Shown: positions 25,018-39,300, numbered from the whole stretch's first letter. The stretch: DNA of 54,014 bases, filler included, from Sluysia triapertura (GCA_046118255.1; 4 parts of 4 records of this genome joined end to end with filler, not necessarily neighbours in it); one strand, 5' to 3'. The notes: generated by a model from the sequence alone, not told the origin. Made by a program: numbers and translations.

Positions 25018-26155
25018 TGTAGTGGCCAACACTCACAACCTAAAATTTATTAAAACATTACATCCAACATTCATAACTCAAAATTTCACTAAAATATAAT
25101 TTCCAAAACAATCACACTTCTTACTATCGAACTACACCAACTCAATCACCATAAACACTACTACACATTCATAACATCTTAACAACTCATATTTAACAAT
25201 AACTCGATTAACACTTTCAATCATTCACTCCACACATTACTTAGATAATTAATCTCGAATAATTCACAACATTCACTCAAAAGCTATCTCTTCAAACAAA
25301 CCACAACCACAATATATAATACACAAATCATAAACACAATAACACCATTCAACAACGTTAACAAATACCTCAGAAATAGAAAACATTTACATTAAAATCA
25401 TTAACCAACGACACCAAGCTAAATCTACTTTATTTATACATGTTTATCATCAACATTTATTCTTAGCAACATCATAAATACATTAAGATTTATTTTGTAA
25501 TTATCTTTTAAAACTAAAATAATTTCAACCTTTCATTAAGCATAAATCTTATTTTTAAGTCCAATTCTTAATAAATTTTAGTAAATTATTCTAACATTCT
25601 TTGTTCAAAAACAACTAATCATTTCTTTTATCTTTATAAATAAACTTAATAAAACTTTAAGGAATTCATTGTCTTAATATGAAACATCAACGACAACCGA
25701 GACGTAGTACAGCATGTCATCAGTTTTGTTCTTTTTTATCATTTCGTATGTAAGAAAAATTAAAGAATTCTAAAAGAAAGATCTTGTAGGTTATTAAAAG
25801 AAAGTTTTACGCTTTTTCTTTAATAATAATAGTAATAATCTTAATGTTGTTATTATTGTTATTAGTTTTATTATTATTGTTATTATTATTATTATTATTA
25901 TTTATGTTAATAAATAATTAAAAATAAAAGTGCTTACCTTTTGACGATTAATCTGGTTACCGCCACCACCAGTGTTGACAGTCTATGTCACATTTTTCAT
26001 TAGACTGTCAGTCATCAGTATTTTTCTTTTTAATCTTCATCACTAAACACCTACATACTGCCCAATCAGACTAATGACTACTAATCTCACTGCTTGTAGT
26101 CTGATTGGGCAGATTAAAATAGAATACGAGAAAATGACGAATTAAATAATATTTT
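25018..26155 (+). repeat. ~1.15-kb dispersed repeat, copy 2
   Basis: Colinear with 10189-11350; perfect 16-bp inverted repeat at 26058-26073 / 26097-26112. Confidence 0.8.
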
Positions 26156-26286
26156 ATAAAAATTATGCCTTTTAAAAATTAGACAGAACAATAATTAGAA
26201 TTATATATAATTTTTAACGAGGTTTCGCAGTTAAAGAATTTTCAGCTCAATCATTATAATTTTTATGTTTTCAAAACAAGCCTAAG

Positions 26287-27285
26287 GTGTCACTGTTCAT
26301 TTATCAAGAAGTTATGAAAATATCCGAACCCAAATTGGATAAACAGTATGTACATGATAAAATGCTTAATTCTTTTGCGAACGATGTTACAATGTTTCGT
26401 ACTCCAGATAATGAAAAAGTAACTATTTCAGTATATGAACTAAAAAATGTTGCTAGCGGTTCATTTTGTGTAGTTTTCGAAGGTTTTATCGATGATAATG
26501 AACATAATACTTTTAAAAAAATTTTGGAAGATAAATGCGATAAAAACAGATAATTAAACTTCATGAAATCTTTGTCAAACAATCACATTACTACATTACC
26601 GTATCACCATTATTCATACGATAAAGAGAAAGATCAAAGTTATTTGAAATCAATTATGAACAGTGCTTCTCAGAATTTAACACGAATTTTACAATTTTAT
26701 ATTCGAAATAATTCATTTATGTCGATCAATCGTACCAATCAAATCGCTACCAATACTAATGTGAAATATGAATTTATGTCAATAGATATTCCTTTGTTTC
26801 CTGGAATTCATTCTCAATTTATTATTACTAATCTATCTAAAGCAAAACTACTAAAATCATTTAAGAAAAATAAAGTTTTATTTAGTAATCATAAAGAAAT
26901 TATTTTAATTGATGAGTACAATATTTTACCGGTTCCAGATAATATCCATGTTGATCGTTCCTCGAATACTATCACTAGTGATAACAATATAAATAACAGT
27001 GATGATACTGACAATAATAATACAATTGATGAAAGTTTAAATGGCAGCCCAAGGCAAAATTTCGAGAATTGTTTAGTAAAATATAAATTACATCATGATG
27101 TAAATCACAATGTTCCTGACAATAATTTATCAGAAAGCTATGAATATGTCAAACCAATTATTACGAACCTGAGTACAAAAGCTAAAAAAGAAACGAAAGA
27201 TTTGTTTAGAAATTTAATCTATTCAGAAGTATGTAAATTGATACATAACGAAATTACTGGTAAAATCGACACATTGATCATTTAA
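26287..27285 (+). pseudogene. GSK3: Chimeric frame with a GSK3-like kinase N-lobe fragment (about 26419-26727) fused to unrelated sequence; one internal stop
   Basis: SGSFCVVFEG...FKKILEDKCDKNR*LNFMKSL...YSYDKEKDQSYL...RILQFY aligns by eye with GSK3 GNGSFGVVYQA...[21 protein letters not shown]...YSSGEKKDEVYL...RVARHY. The TAA at 26551 replaces the alphaC Glu codon; no C-lobe. Confidence 0.75.
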
Positions 27286-27290
27286 AAGCA

Positions 27291-27594
27291 ATGTTTTCAA
27301 CAGCAAAAAACATTCAGTATGATTATTTGGACAAAACTTCATCAACGAGTTATGGTGATTATCAAATGGAATTAGACAGCGAAACACGCTCGTTAGATGT
27401 AGAAAAACCAGATGAAGATAATATAACGAACCTACTTGGCAAGGAAGATCATACAGCTTTTAAGAAGAACGATATCATTAACATGAAAAGTAACCTTGTA
27501 AGTGTCAAATTTATGTGTCATTTAAATTTTGATTTAGTTTACAAGTACATCAAGTGGATCCGCGGAGTACAGCAGAAATCTTTGTGGAAAATAG
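27291..27594 (+). pseudogene. Unidentified gene fragment with a putative 40-nt intron (27498-27537)
   Basis: GTAAGT...TTTAG; splicing gives ...MKSNL/FTSTSSGSAEYSRNLCGK*. Confidence 0.35.
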
Positions 27595-28151
27595 GGGCCC
27601 AGTACGAAAGGACAAAATCAATAATTCAAATTTTTATAATTAACAATTCAAATTTTAAATTTATAAAAGTTCATTATTTAATACAATTTTGCCTTTATGT
27701 TCTAAAAATGTTATTTAGTTATGTCGAAAATAAAACATAGTGTACATTTTCCTTTAAAGAGACTAAAGATAAATCTATTGTTGAGCTAGAATTTAGAACA
27801 ATTAAACTGGTGTATAAATGTATTCAAACCCAAAACTTAAACGACAAGTATAAGGCAAATAAACTTAATCACAGTAAAACTCATAAAGAAAGAATTTGGA
27901 ATTACAATATGAGTCCATATATAGGTCGAGTTAGTAATATCACGGCAGAAATAAATTACGAAGTGATAGGTCATCCTTTAAAACTCTATCCAAATAATCG
28001 TAAGAAGACTTTTACTAAACTTTTAGATAAAAATAAACTTATCAAAATAGTTTTAAATTTAAATTTATATAACAATTATAAGCCCTCCAAACCAACACAA
28101 GCTCCAAATATTAAACTTAAAATGTATTAAAATATTTATCTTTATAAAGGT

Positions 28152-28164
28152 GGACTTAAGGTCC
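28152..28164 (-). other. CTTAA-loop hairpin (GGAC-CTTAA-GTCC)
   Basis: Perfect 4-bp stem inside minus ORF 28361-28065, read as D-L-K-S. Confidence 0.7.
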
Positions 28165-28746
28165 TTGATGAATATGAAAAATATGAAAACTGAATATGAA
28201 AAATATAAAAAATTTCCATATATTATGCGAATTGTAAAAATAACAGCAATAGAACGAAAATTATAGATAAAATAACAATGTCCATTTGATAATATAAAAG
28301 ACCACGTACAATTTGAAAAGTCATGCCTCTGAAATCGACAACGTCTCGCGCAACACGGCATACAGGTTCCAATATATTCTCCGAGCGATCAACCTGTCTC
28401 ATAAATAATCTAGTTACAAACTTATTTTTTGATTAAAGCAAACCTCTATCGTTATAATGAAACTTTACTGGGGCACCGGAATTTATATTGTCTTTATTTC
28501 AAAATATTGAAAGTTAACTAAACAATTACATTAACACGTTATCTCGATATATTTTAAATATAATAGAAATAACAAATTACCAACTGTTCTTTAAAAATAA
28601 TATATAAATTCAAAATTACAAATCACTATATGCATATGATTGATCACTAAAATTATATCAGAGTGACACAACAAGATAAATGTTGACGCCCGTATTAAAA
28701 ATTAAGAAAATAATAAAATACGTGATTGACTAACCGCAATCATAAT

Positions 28747-28846
28747 NNNNNNNNNNNNNNNNNNNNNNNNNNNNNNNNNNNNNNNNNNNNTTAATTAATT
28801 AANNNNNNNNNNNNNNNNNNNNNNNNNNNNNNNNNNNNNNNNNNNN
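28747..28846. other. Artificial spacer / assembly gap
   Basis: N44-TTAATTAATTAA-N44. Confidence 0.95.
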
Positions 28847-29487
28847 TTCTAATCTATTTTTAGAAGCTTATTTTCTATTTTCGAAATTTTATTTTCTTTT
28901 TTGGAAAAAATAATTTCTTTTTTGGAAAATAAATTTCTTTTTTGGAAAATAAATGTTTTTTAATTAATTTTAATTGATATTATAATATTTTTTATGATTT
29001 TAAATAATCTTAAGTAATTTTAAGGTGTTGTTATGCTGTTTTAGGATTATTTTGTAGGGTTGTGATGGCAACCTAACAATGATTTTAATGTTAAAAAGTT
29101 GAGAATTTAAAATGTTTTAAATGTGAAAAGGTTTTAATAGATCTGAGAAAGTAGAATGTAAAATGTTAATGAATGTGATATTTTATGTAAAATATTGATT
29201 TTTAATTTTGAATGAAAAGGTTGCCCACCACAACCCTTAAAACAATTTGGAGAATAGTCATATGAAGGTTATATCAAAAATTGAATTAGAAATAAACTAT
29301 AAATTAAAAAATTGAATGATAAATTTAAATAGTTATTTCTACTTTACTTTTAAATTTAATTTAAAAATTAATACATCAAATTCATTCTTTTCCTCTTTAT
29401 TATTTTACTTATAAAATATATAACAAAAATTTAAACAACGCCTCATTGATTTAATTGTAACAATGTTATATAATTAACATTATAACA

Positions 29488-29506
29488 AAAAAATCATTAC
29501 CTAGAA

Positions 29507-29576
<70 letters not shown>

Positions 29577-29606
29577 TCATAATTTCATTTTCTTGGTAAT
29601 GATTTT

Positions 29607-29641
<35 letters not shown>

Positions 29642-29670
29642 TATTATTATTATTATTATTATTATTATTG
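29488..29670. repeat. Foldback with (AAT)n(ATT)n palindromic microsatellites
   Basis: AAAAATCATTACCTAGAAAAT (about 29489-29509) is inverted at about 29587-29607 around (AAT)n(ATT)n; a second (AAT)n(ATT)n palindrome follows. Confidence 0.8.
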
Positions 29671-30259
29671 TAAGTATCATTAATAAAATATTCTTCTTAA
29701 TCTATTAACCAATTAGACCTAAATAATGAAATTTGATAATGAATTAAATTTATTTAATTAATTTTTTCTTAATTTTTTACTAAAACTTTTTTGAATTTTG
29801 AAAATAAATAAAATGTACCGAAAAAAAAATTAAAACGAAAAATCTGCTTTTTTTGATTTCGCAACATTTATCAATAATATTTAATTCTGATGTATTTTAT
29901 AATCTTCAAACAATGTAAGTTAAAGTTTGAGAAGAAAAATAATTAAAACAAATTGTGTTAATATTTTGATAAAAACTTCAAATATTTTGTAAAACGTTTA
30001 AATTAATTTTTAAATATTCTTAGTAACAGACATAACATTATTCTTTTTTCAACTGTTTTGATATTTTATTTTGCTTACTGTTGCGAATGATAAACGTTAC
30101 AAAAAAACTAATGAGTTGTTTAATTAATTATTTTAATGCACATGGTTGCTCAGAAATAACCTTATCAAAAATAAGCAGAAAAATTTATTCGAATCATTTT
30201 TATAAGCCAATCAAAAGATTTCCTTAATTCTTTATTTTAAGACTCATAATTTAGCTTTA

Positions 30260-30580
30260 AATAGTACCTTATTATTTTTGGGTGAAAATGAGAAATTAAA
30301 AAAGAGGAACAGTTAAATGACCTTACCACTGAATTACGCCAATAAAGTACACTAAAAAACGAGCAAACAAAACTCAAGATATTTCACATTTACGACAACT
30401 AATAACTGAAGAATTCCAGAGATTAAACAACGATAAAAAATTTTCCAGAGCTTGAAGAGATGTCAAAATATTCATTTTTCAAGGTTAATTGTTGTTTGTT
30501 AATTTTAGGTAAGATTTTAGTAAGTAAATTTATACATATTCATTTGATGAATAAATAAGACTTATCAAATACCACTGTCC
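30260..30580 (+). mobile_element. Possible Tc1/mariner transposase C-terminal remnant
   Basis: YFWV...KVH...KTQDISHLRQLITEEFQRLN...RRCQ resembles the W..LK..VY......L...I..E pattern; heavily decayed. Confidence 0.3.
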
Positions 30581-33500
30581 TTGAAAATACAAGCTTTTTT
30601 AAAAATTGTTTGAGATAAAGCTTCAAATTGTGTCTTTTACAATTACATACATTTTGTGTATAATTACGACTTAGTATTTCAAATTTTATGCATATTACAC
30701 ATTTATTAGATACAACTTCAATAACTCTTGGATAATTAATTAATTAATAATTTTAGCATATGAAATGAAATTAACGTGAACTTAAAATTTTCATTTATAA
30801 CTGAATACCTATATTTTATATTCTTTATTCTATAGTTGACTTATCTCAGTTAAATTCTTAATTGACTTCTATCTTTCATAATACCAAAACGTTGATAATT
30901 GACCTTATTTATACATTTTTTCTGTCATAATTGTAAAGTTAAGCATTTAAAACTACTTATTATAAAATATAAATTTCTACTTTCACATTGTAATAGAACC
31001 TTTTGACATAATAATATTAATAATATATCTTAGCTATTCATCTCTTTATTCATTCATTGAACATGGTTTAAAAGTATAAAATTCGTGCATTTTTATATGA
31101 ACATATAAAGTTAATAAAATATTTGAAATTAAATTTGATTTGAAAATAATACTACATTTAAATTACTAGTATGATAATTTCATAAAATTATAAAATAAAT
31201 ATGAATTTTGCAAATTATGTGTACATTTAATTCATCATAGTTGTTTTGATATTTAACAACGATAATTATTTGCTTATATTTTCCAATTTTGATAAATATT
31301 TCTGTTTTACATTGAATGTTTACCATTTTTATTCCAATATATATAAATATATATATATATATATATGCATGCAATACAAAAATGCAAGAAAGAAGTTAAA
31401 GTTTTAAATAATGCAGTACGAAAGGATAAATAAATTTTATTTACCGATTTTCTATTGAAAAACAAACATTATTTTAAAATTCTAATCTCAAAATTTTATA
31501 AAAACTTAACACAAATTTATATGAACCAACTTTTTTCAGTATTGCTAAATAGATCTAATTAAAATGATGACTCGATATGTTTTTAAAAGAGAAATGAAAA
31601 CAAAGGAATTAAATATGAAATAATTTGACTTTCTTTAACAAAAGAAAATAATTTTATTAATAAAGTCATTATAAATTTCGTTTTGAAATTTGAAGAAAAT
31701 AATAAGAATGAAAGAAATTGTTTAACCAGGAGAAATAAAAAATGCAAACAAATATTTATTATATTTATAATTTAATTTATTTCATATGTTTTTTTAATAC
31801 AATTAGCTTGATTGTTGTTGTATTAATTATCAATGTATTGTCCAATTTAAATTAATTCTGTCGCAATAGATCTAAATTTTCTCAAAGAATTGTCAGTATA
31901 ATTTAATATATAATATTAAATTGAATAAGTTACAATTAAACTTAACTTTAATATGCAGTAAAAATAGTCTAATATAATACAAAATACTACTTATTATTAA
32001 TAAATACACAAAAATGAAGAAGTAAAAATAAATTTGATAAATTTTTCAGAGCTTTCACTAAAAAAACTTTATCATCAATTGTTAATGTAAATAAATACAA
32101 ATATCAAATTCAGAATTTCAAATTATTGCGAAATGAGATGTAACTATTTTATTGCAATAAAAATAATTAAATAATTAAAATTAAGTATTAACTATGAATT
32201 CATACAATGTATCACCACAATTGATATATGTTAATAATGAAATATTTTAAAGTCGAATAATAAAATACTAATTAAAATAAATTGTATAATTGATTGTAAT
32301 GAAAATAAATTGTCGAACAGTGAGTGCTTGTGATTAATAATATAAATTATTATTATTATTACTAGTAAAAAGGCTTCATAAAACTTTATTAAAAATTTCA
32401 AACCTAGTAATAATTACGTTTTTTGTGAATAATTGAAAAGTTAATTATGCATTTACATTTTAAAAACTATTTTGATTAGTTTAGGGTGTATGTAGACAAA
32501 ATATTTTGTTTTATTTTTTAAAGGTTGTTTTTTAAAAAAAATTTAATAAGTATTATAATATAACTTGTAAAATAATTTCGTTTACATTTTTATTATAAAT
32601 TTCTAAAAAGGAAAAATAAATTTTAAAAATGGTTTATTAATTAAAATTAAATTAAATACCATTATCGATCTGTATTTTTAATCTGCAAAAGCTGCTACAC
32701 GTGAAAAATGATATGCTTAAATGTTATCGGAAAAAGCAATTTATACGGTCTGCTAGTTTAATAGTTTAATAGTTGTACGTGTTTGAGACTTATCTCAGAT
32801 ATATTACAATCAAAAAATACATTGATTTAATCGAAAAATGTTTAAAACCAATAGTAATTTACTTATTTCAGCAGTTTACTTGCAGACTTAATATTTCCCA
32901 AGCTTTGTATGGATGTTTTGAAATTTTCGGCATTAATATATTAAAATAGTTTAAAGTGATGCAATATAACAATAATAGTAATAATGATAATTATGTATAT
33001 GCTAGGTTATCATCAGAATCTCGATATATTCTCCAATACTACCACAAGATTACAACAAATATTCTTTATAATAATAGCAATACAAATTATTCTGTAGTAA
33101 TAAATCGTCTTTGTTTACAAACTTCAAATTATAAATCTTTTAATATTAACAAATCACAACCAGAGGTGACAACTTATCTAAGATAGATTTTGACGTCCGT
33201 ATTAATACAAAATATTATCAGTAACAAATACATCACTAACCCTTATTCCTATATCCCTATAATGTTTTTTATTTTAACTGATTGCTAAAGAGTACGGTAT
33301 CCACTGAGAAATTGAAAGTATTTGTCTTCTTTTTGTTTTCTTGACTCTATTTGTTTTTATGTCTAAATATTTGCAAAAATACGACTGCCTATGTAGCAGC
33401 TTTATGATGATTTAGGAAATGAACAAGACGGAAATTAAAGCTATCTATTTTTATTTAGTCTACGATCAGCCGATCAATTTTACTGATTAAAATTTCAACA

Positions 33501-33824
33501 GTAATTTCCGTCTGTGTCCAATTTCATTATCTTTTTAATTATCTAAAGATAATGGGATTTATGATAAACAATCCCATTATCTTTTCAATATCATTAAATT
33601 AAATTTAATATCATTACTATATTGTTATTGTATCGATAACGCAATGTATTAGCTTAATTTGAGGATAAAATTAATAGAAAAATAAATTTATTTTTCTGTG
33701 GGAATCTTTTGTATAACACGTTTTGTGTCAACCTTACGTCGCACGTCAAGTTCAAAAACATATCTGGATTAGTATCTTTATAAACATCAATTTGATATAT
33801 ACTTTATTAATACTTAGACATTAA

Positions 33825-34200
33825 AACATATTTATTCTTTAATTTTAAATTACAAAATTAATTAAAATAACTAATTTTTACTTTATATACATCGACGTGC
33901 TTCATAATACTTTAACATTAAAAATACTAATAAAACTCATAATTATAAACTCAATCTAATATTATTATATCATGAACAAACATTTTTATTGACTTATCAA
34001 ATTAAACAAATTTTAATTAAGTTAATTAACAAATGTACTCACTTTTAATATTTTAACAAATAAAACTTCACTAATGGTTATTTCCTTGTACTTCTCATTC
34101 TTTTGTTTTAATTTAAGTATTTTGTACACTTATTTTTCCATTACAATTCATCATAATATCCTATCTTAATTCTTCAATGATGTTTATTTTATTTTATTTC
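33825..34200 (-). repeat. Reverse copy of the 13.5-14.1 kb repeat
   Basis: For example, cgacgtgcttcataatacttt and aacaaattttaattaagttaattaacaaatgtact are reverse complements of sequence at 13945-14040. Confidence 0.7.
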
Positions 34201-36271
34201 TCATTATTCTTCAGTATTCCCAACAATAATAATTTTAATAATATTTAACTAATAAAATTATTACAAATTAATAAAAATAAAAATAAAAATAATCATAATA
34301 ATATACCATATAAAGTATAAATAAATAATAATTAATATAAAAATGATAACAAATAATTATAAAATTATTAATACTGGAGAGAAAAAACATTTATCTATAC
34401 TACATTAGATATGGTTCCCTTGGCAGAGACATTGGATAGTTAAAATTTATCAGAATTCGAATAATAATATTGCCAATTTTACAACTACTATGTTTATTTG
34501 TTTAAAGATTGTTTGAACACTATTTATACTGTTGTTTTTATTATTCTTAACAAAGGTCAGAATAAATTTTAGCAACATCCGGTTACATTACATGGCTTAA
34601 AAAGTAAAATATTTGGATGGTTGAAATCGTTAATGTTAATCGTACATATACTTTCAGATGGGTTTCGTATTTTCGAGGTAGTTCTGAAACGTTTTAAATT
34701 ATTCTAACACATAAAAGAATAATAAGAAAACCTAACAAATTTTTGTAATAATAAAATCTGTATTAAATGAAAAATAAAATAATAAATTTTGTTCTTAGTA
34801 AAATTTATAATAAAACAGTCATAAAGTCTAAAATAAAATAATAATAAATGAATAATTTGAAGCCATTTTACAGAGAGCATTTGCATATATATATATTAAT
34901 TTACAACATAAAAACAACTCAAACAAAATATAAAGATAACAAAACGTGTCACGATTGCAATTCTTCGAGTTCAACGAGACATTTATTGAGGAAAATTAAT
35001 AACCAAATATTGTCGCAGAAAAGAGTCATGTCGAAACATTTTTAATAGAAAATTATCACTATTCCGATTTGGTAGCATTATATTACTTCTGCTGAACTTT
35101 ACCAAACGATTACATAAGGTTTTCTCTTTATTTAATCAGATTAAAGAAGTTACCAATTATAAAATAATTTTTTGTTAAATTGTTAAACCTTACCACAAAA
35201 AAGTTGCTAGATTAGACAACCGAAGAATTAACGAGAAAAATATGATTGAAATAAATTCATAGCTAGAAGAAATCATTAATATCGATTGACTGTAAGTTAG
35301 ACCCTATCTAATACTAGAGCTAAGAATTAGAAATATATCCTCTACGAACGTCTTTTATGTGGTGATTCTAACCTATCATTTAAAATTTCATCCAAAACAA
35401 ATAAACAAAACACCGAAATTATCATTCAAAATATTAAACATATATACATTTTGACAAATGAGTGACTGTTGATATAGATAATGTTACCAGTGAGCCATTA
35501 CAAAATGTTCGAAGACCTTTAAAGAATGCTGGTTTTATGGAAATGGTTCTTTATCTTTGTGGAAATGTTGAAATTACAATTACGAATGAAGATTACGAAA
35601 ACTATTCAAATTTTTATTCTTTAAAAATAAAATTACAAAAAGTATCAAATAATGATAAAATTAGTGACAGAAAGATGATAAATAATAAAATTTTAATATT
35701 AAAATTCTAATATTAAATAGTTATAAATGATAAGTTACGTTGATATTACCCCTCAATATATCGGGGAACCTTATGAATTAGATTTCTAACAAAAATGTAA
35801 TTTTAGTAGATTTTAAAATATTAAACTTAATAAAAACAAATTACTTTGCGCATGGACTTGTAACAAAATTTTCAAATTCCTTGATGCTGTAATCAATTTT
35901 CCAACAAATATCGAAAGATCCGAATGAGATTAAATTACCAAGATTGAAAATTCGAATAGAATTGATCGACTAATTGTAAAAATTGTACTGATTGCTAAAA
36001 TGGCGGTTAAAATGTCTGCTAACAAAAATATAATTTTTAAAATGGCGATTTTCATTGTCAGATGCTAGCTTATATACTAGTCCTCCACCAATGAAAATCG
36101 ATAGAATGTTCTAGAACATTAATTCTAGAAAATAATTTTTTTTTTGACTAATTTTTAATTAATTTTGTGATATTTTTATAATTTTAAATGATTATTTATT
36201 GATTTTAATTAATTTTAACGTGTTATTATTTTGTCCTAAAGTTATTTTGTAGGGTTGTGATGACAACCTAA

Positions 36272-36321
<50 letters not shown>

Positions 36322-39300
36322 CCGAAATTATTAAATATTATAACCGAAAATAAAATTTTAAAACCGAAAAAAATAATTTGTCTTTACATAATTAAAAATA
36401 ATTCTTCATCTATATCATTTTCAAGCTTACTAGAATGTTAATATAAATATAAGCTTAAAATATGCAATAATCACACTTAATTTTAATCGTTTAAACGTTA
36501 TTAATGTTTTTTCGTGAAAAAATTTTGTCATTTGGAACCAATCCATACTCTCTTGTTGGAATTAATTAATGTACAGCACCGTTGGATCTCTGCTCATATT
36601 AAGGATTTTCTATGTTGCTTTTATTCTTCATTAATTCGTTAGTTTAATTCATTTAAGTGTAGTCTTTTTTAATTTAAGATTGTAATATCTTACTCAAAAT
36701 CATTATTTAAATTTGAACAACCCTTTTTAATAGGCGCTGTTAATTATAGTTAAATTTCATATTAACGATTATATATTAATCATTAATTTGTATTATTTTT
36801 ATGTTCATATATTATTGTTTTTTAATATATTTGTAATTTGTCATATTTTCACTCGTCATATATAAAGGCCACCGATTTTATTGAATTGTAAAAAATCTTA
36901 GTTAAATTGTAAAAGATTGTTAAGGTTACTGTTTTTTCAATACGGTAGTAAAATATTACTTAACGTATAATTGTTGATTTAGAGAAAAAGAAAATAAAAT
37001 ATCAATTTTGTTTTCAAAAATATTTGTTGCATAAAATGTTCTTAAGCAATTTTTATTAGCAAGAAAGTGCACTTTTATTGTATTATACCTCCGCATAAGT
37101 TCTTCTAAATTACTGATTACAACTTAGCCCTTAAGTGAGTAAGACTAAGATTGTAAGGAATTCACAGCATAAACAAAGTAAACAATTCAGCGAAAAATAT
37201 AGTATACTTTTGTCAAACTTCGTTAAGTACAAATCACAAAAATTTAGTTAATGATTAACTATTATTTTTCTGTACTTTACTCGATCTTTTCTAATTAAGT
37301 TACTTCACAAATTAAAATAACAATTTTTGTTATTAACATCATAGTTAAAAATAATGATTTTAATTAATATTTAGTTATTATACTGGTTTTCATTCCTAGT
37401 TCTATGTTTATCTTTTGCATTTGAACTTACTCTAACGTTTGTATTATTCGACAAAATCGACAGCTTTAATTTCCGTCTCATTCGATTTCTGATTTTTAAT
37501 TTCACTAATTGCCATAAAACTGCTATAATCGGATACGTTTCTGCAGTTAAAACAGAAGCAAAGTGACATTAAATTGAAGTAAAGAATAATCGAATTAACT
37601 TTTCAACCGCAGGGAAGCTGCTTTAGTTTATTTGTGGATAACGGTGATACTAAAGTTATTTCTTTAGTAATTGACTAAAATAAACTATTCTCTCTTTAGG
37701 GCAAGGGTTAGTAACATATTTCTTACTGTTTATATTTTGCATTGATACGGGTGCTAAAGTTTAAATAAGTTGTGTCACCTCTTGTTGTAATTTGTCTTTA
37801 AAGAATAGTTTACCTTTTTATAAAGAGTAATTTTTATTGTCAGTTATAAAGAATAATTTGTATTGTCATAATTTATATATATTCTAGTTGTAGCTTTGTG
37901 ATAATGTAACGAATATATCGAGATTTTGAATTTATTTAGTTATTAATTTTTGATTTAATAATTTGGGAAAATAAAAGTTTTAAAAGACACAACATATTCT
38001 TAATTTCACTTTTGTATGCTTGGTGTTTGCATATTCCACATTCACATGTTGCGTACTTACCTTTACTTTTAATTTGGATTTTATATTGACAATTAATCTT
38101 GATTTTACGCCTAATTTGGTATTCATATTAAACTAATCACTTATTTCCGCTTTTATACCGATAGCGATTTTAATTTAAATTTCTACTTCAACTCGATTTA
38201 GGTCTTAATTCAATCTTTGATCCTAATTTGAAATTTAATTGTAGTTGATTTCTTAATTTTAATTTCCTATTTATATCTACTATGTCTAACTTCAGATTTA
38301 ACGCTAACGTTAAATTAGCTTTTAATTTCAAATTGAATCATATCTTGATATTCAATAAGTAAAAGAACACACATTTTATTGCATAAACAAAAACGTAATA
38401 TTCAACAACTTGTTACAAGACACAATTTGCAATTTTCCATCAGTAACAGCTTTAGTATCTCTTGATCCATTCGCTCCGATCCTTCATTATTTTGCAATGT
38501 CCTTTAATTGAGATTAAATTAATTTATCAATATAAAAATCACGTTCGCTATTATTATCAGCATAATCATTAATATTTTGAGTAACATTTACATCTCCTAG
38601 CGCGTTTAGATCCAAGGCGTTTAATTTTAAATATTGTACTTATTAAGCCTTAGCATTAATTATTACCAAATGTATGGCTGACTGATTATTTATCATTTAT
38701 TTTTCATTTGTCAATTATAAATACGTTAGTATCTTTTTTTAATGTATCAAAAATTGAACTGCTTCGTCATTATTTTCCAGTATTGCTTTATGTAAAATAT
38801 TATAGTTCATCTCTTGTGGGCGCTGAAACAAAATCAATAAAATTTACACAGCAATTTTAAAATATTAAATTTGCTACATTCTATCGCATAATTAAGAAAA
38901 TTATTATCTAGATTATCCCACAAACCATTATTGAACAAATGACTAATAAACGAATCAATATTAAACTCATTATTAAAAGTATTTGATGAGCAGAATTTTT
39001 TAAATGTATTTCCAGCAAAAAATGTTTTTCTATTATATTAGCAGCTTTAACATGTTCTTTGAGTATTGAATTATGTAAAGGAGTATCATCAGTACTATCC
39101 TTTAAAATAAATATAATGGATAATTTATTTATTAATGTTTCAAAATGTCATTTTTATTATGTCAGAAATTAGCCACTTCTTTTATTATTGATTCATTTGC
39201 TATCTTATACATTTTTAATAAGTAATTTGCATCGATATTCTCACCAACAACTCCTTCCTATTAGTATCATCATCAGAAGTAGTATTCTCTTCATTGTGTT

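Noticed and set aside
27600-31426. CAGTACGAAAGGA at 27600-27612 and 31414-31426, resembling the mitochondrial LSU sarcin-ricin loop
   Set aside because: Only 13 nt with no flanking rRNA similarity; compatible with chance.
37122-37140. CCCTTAAG as a further hairpin copy
   Set aside because: The stem fails after the first pair and there is no associated ORF.
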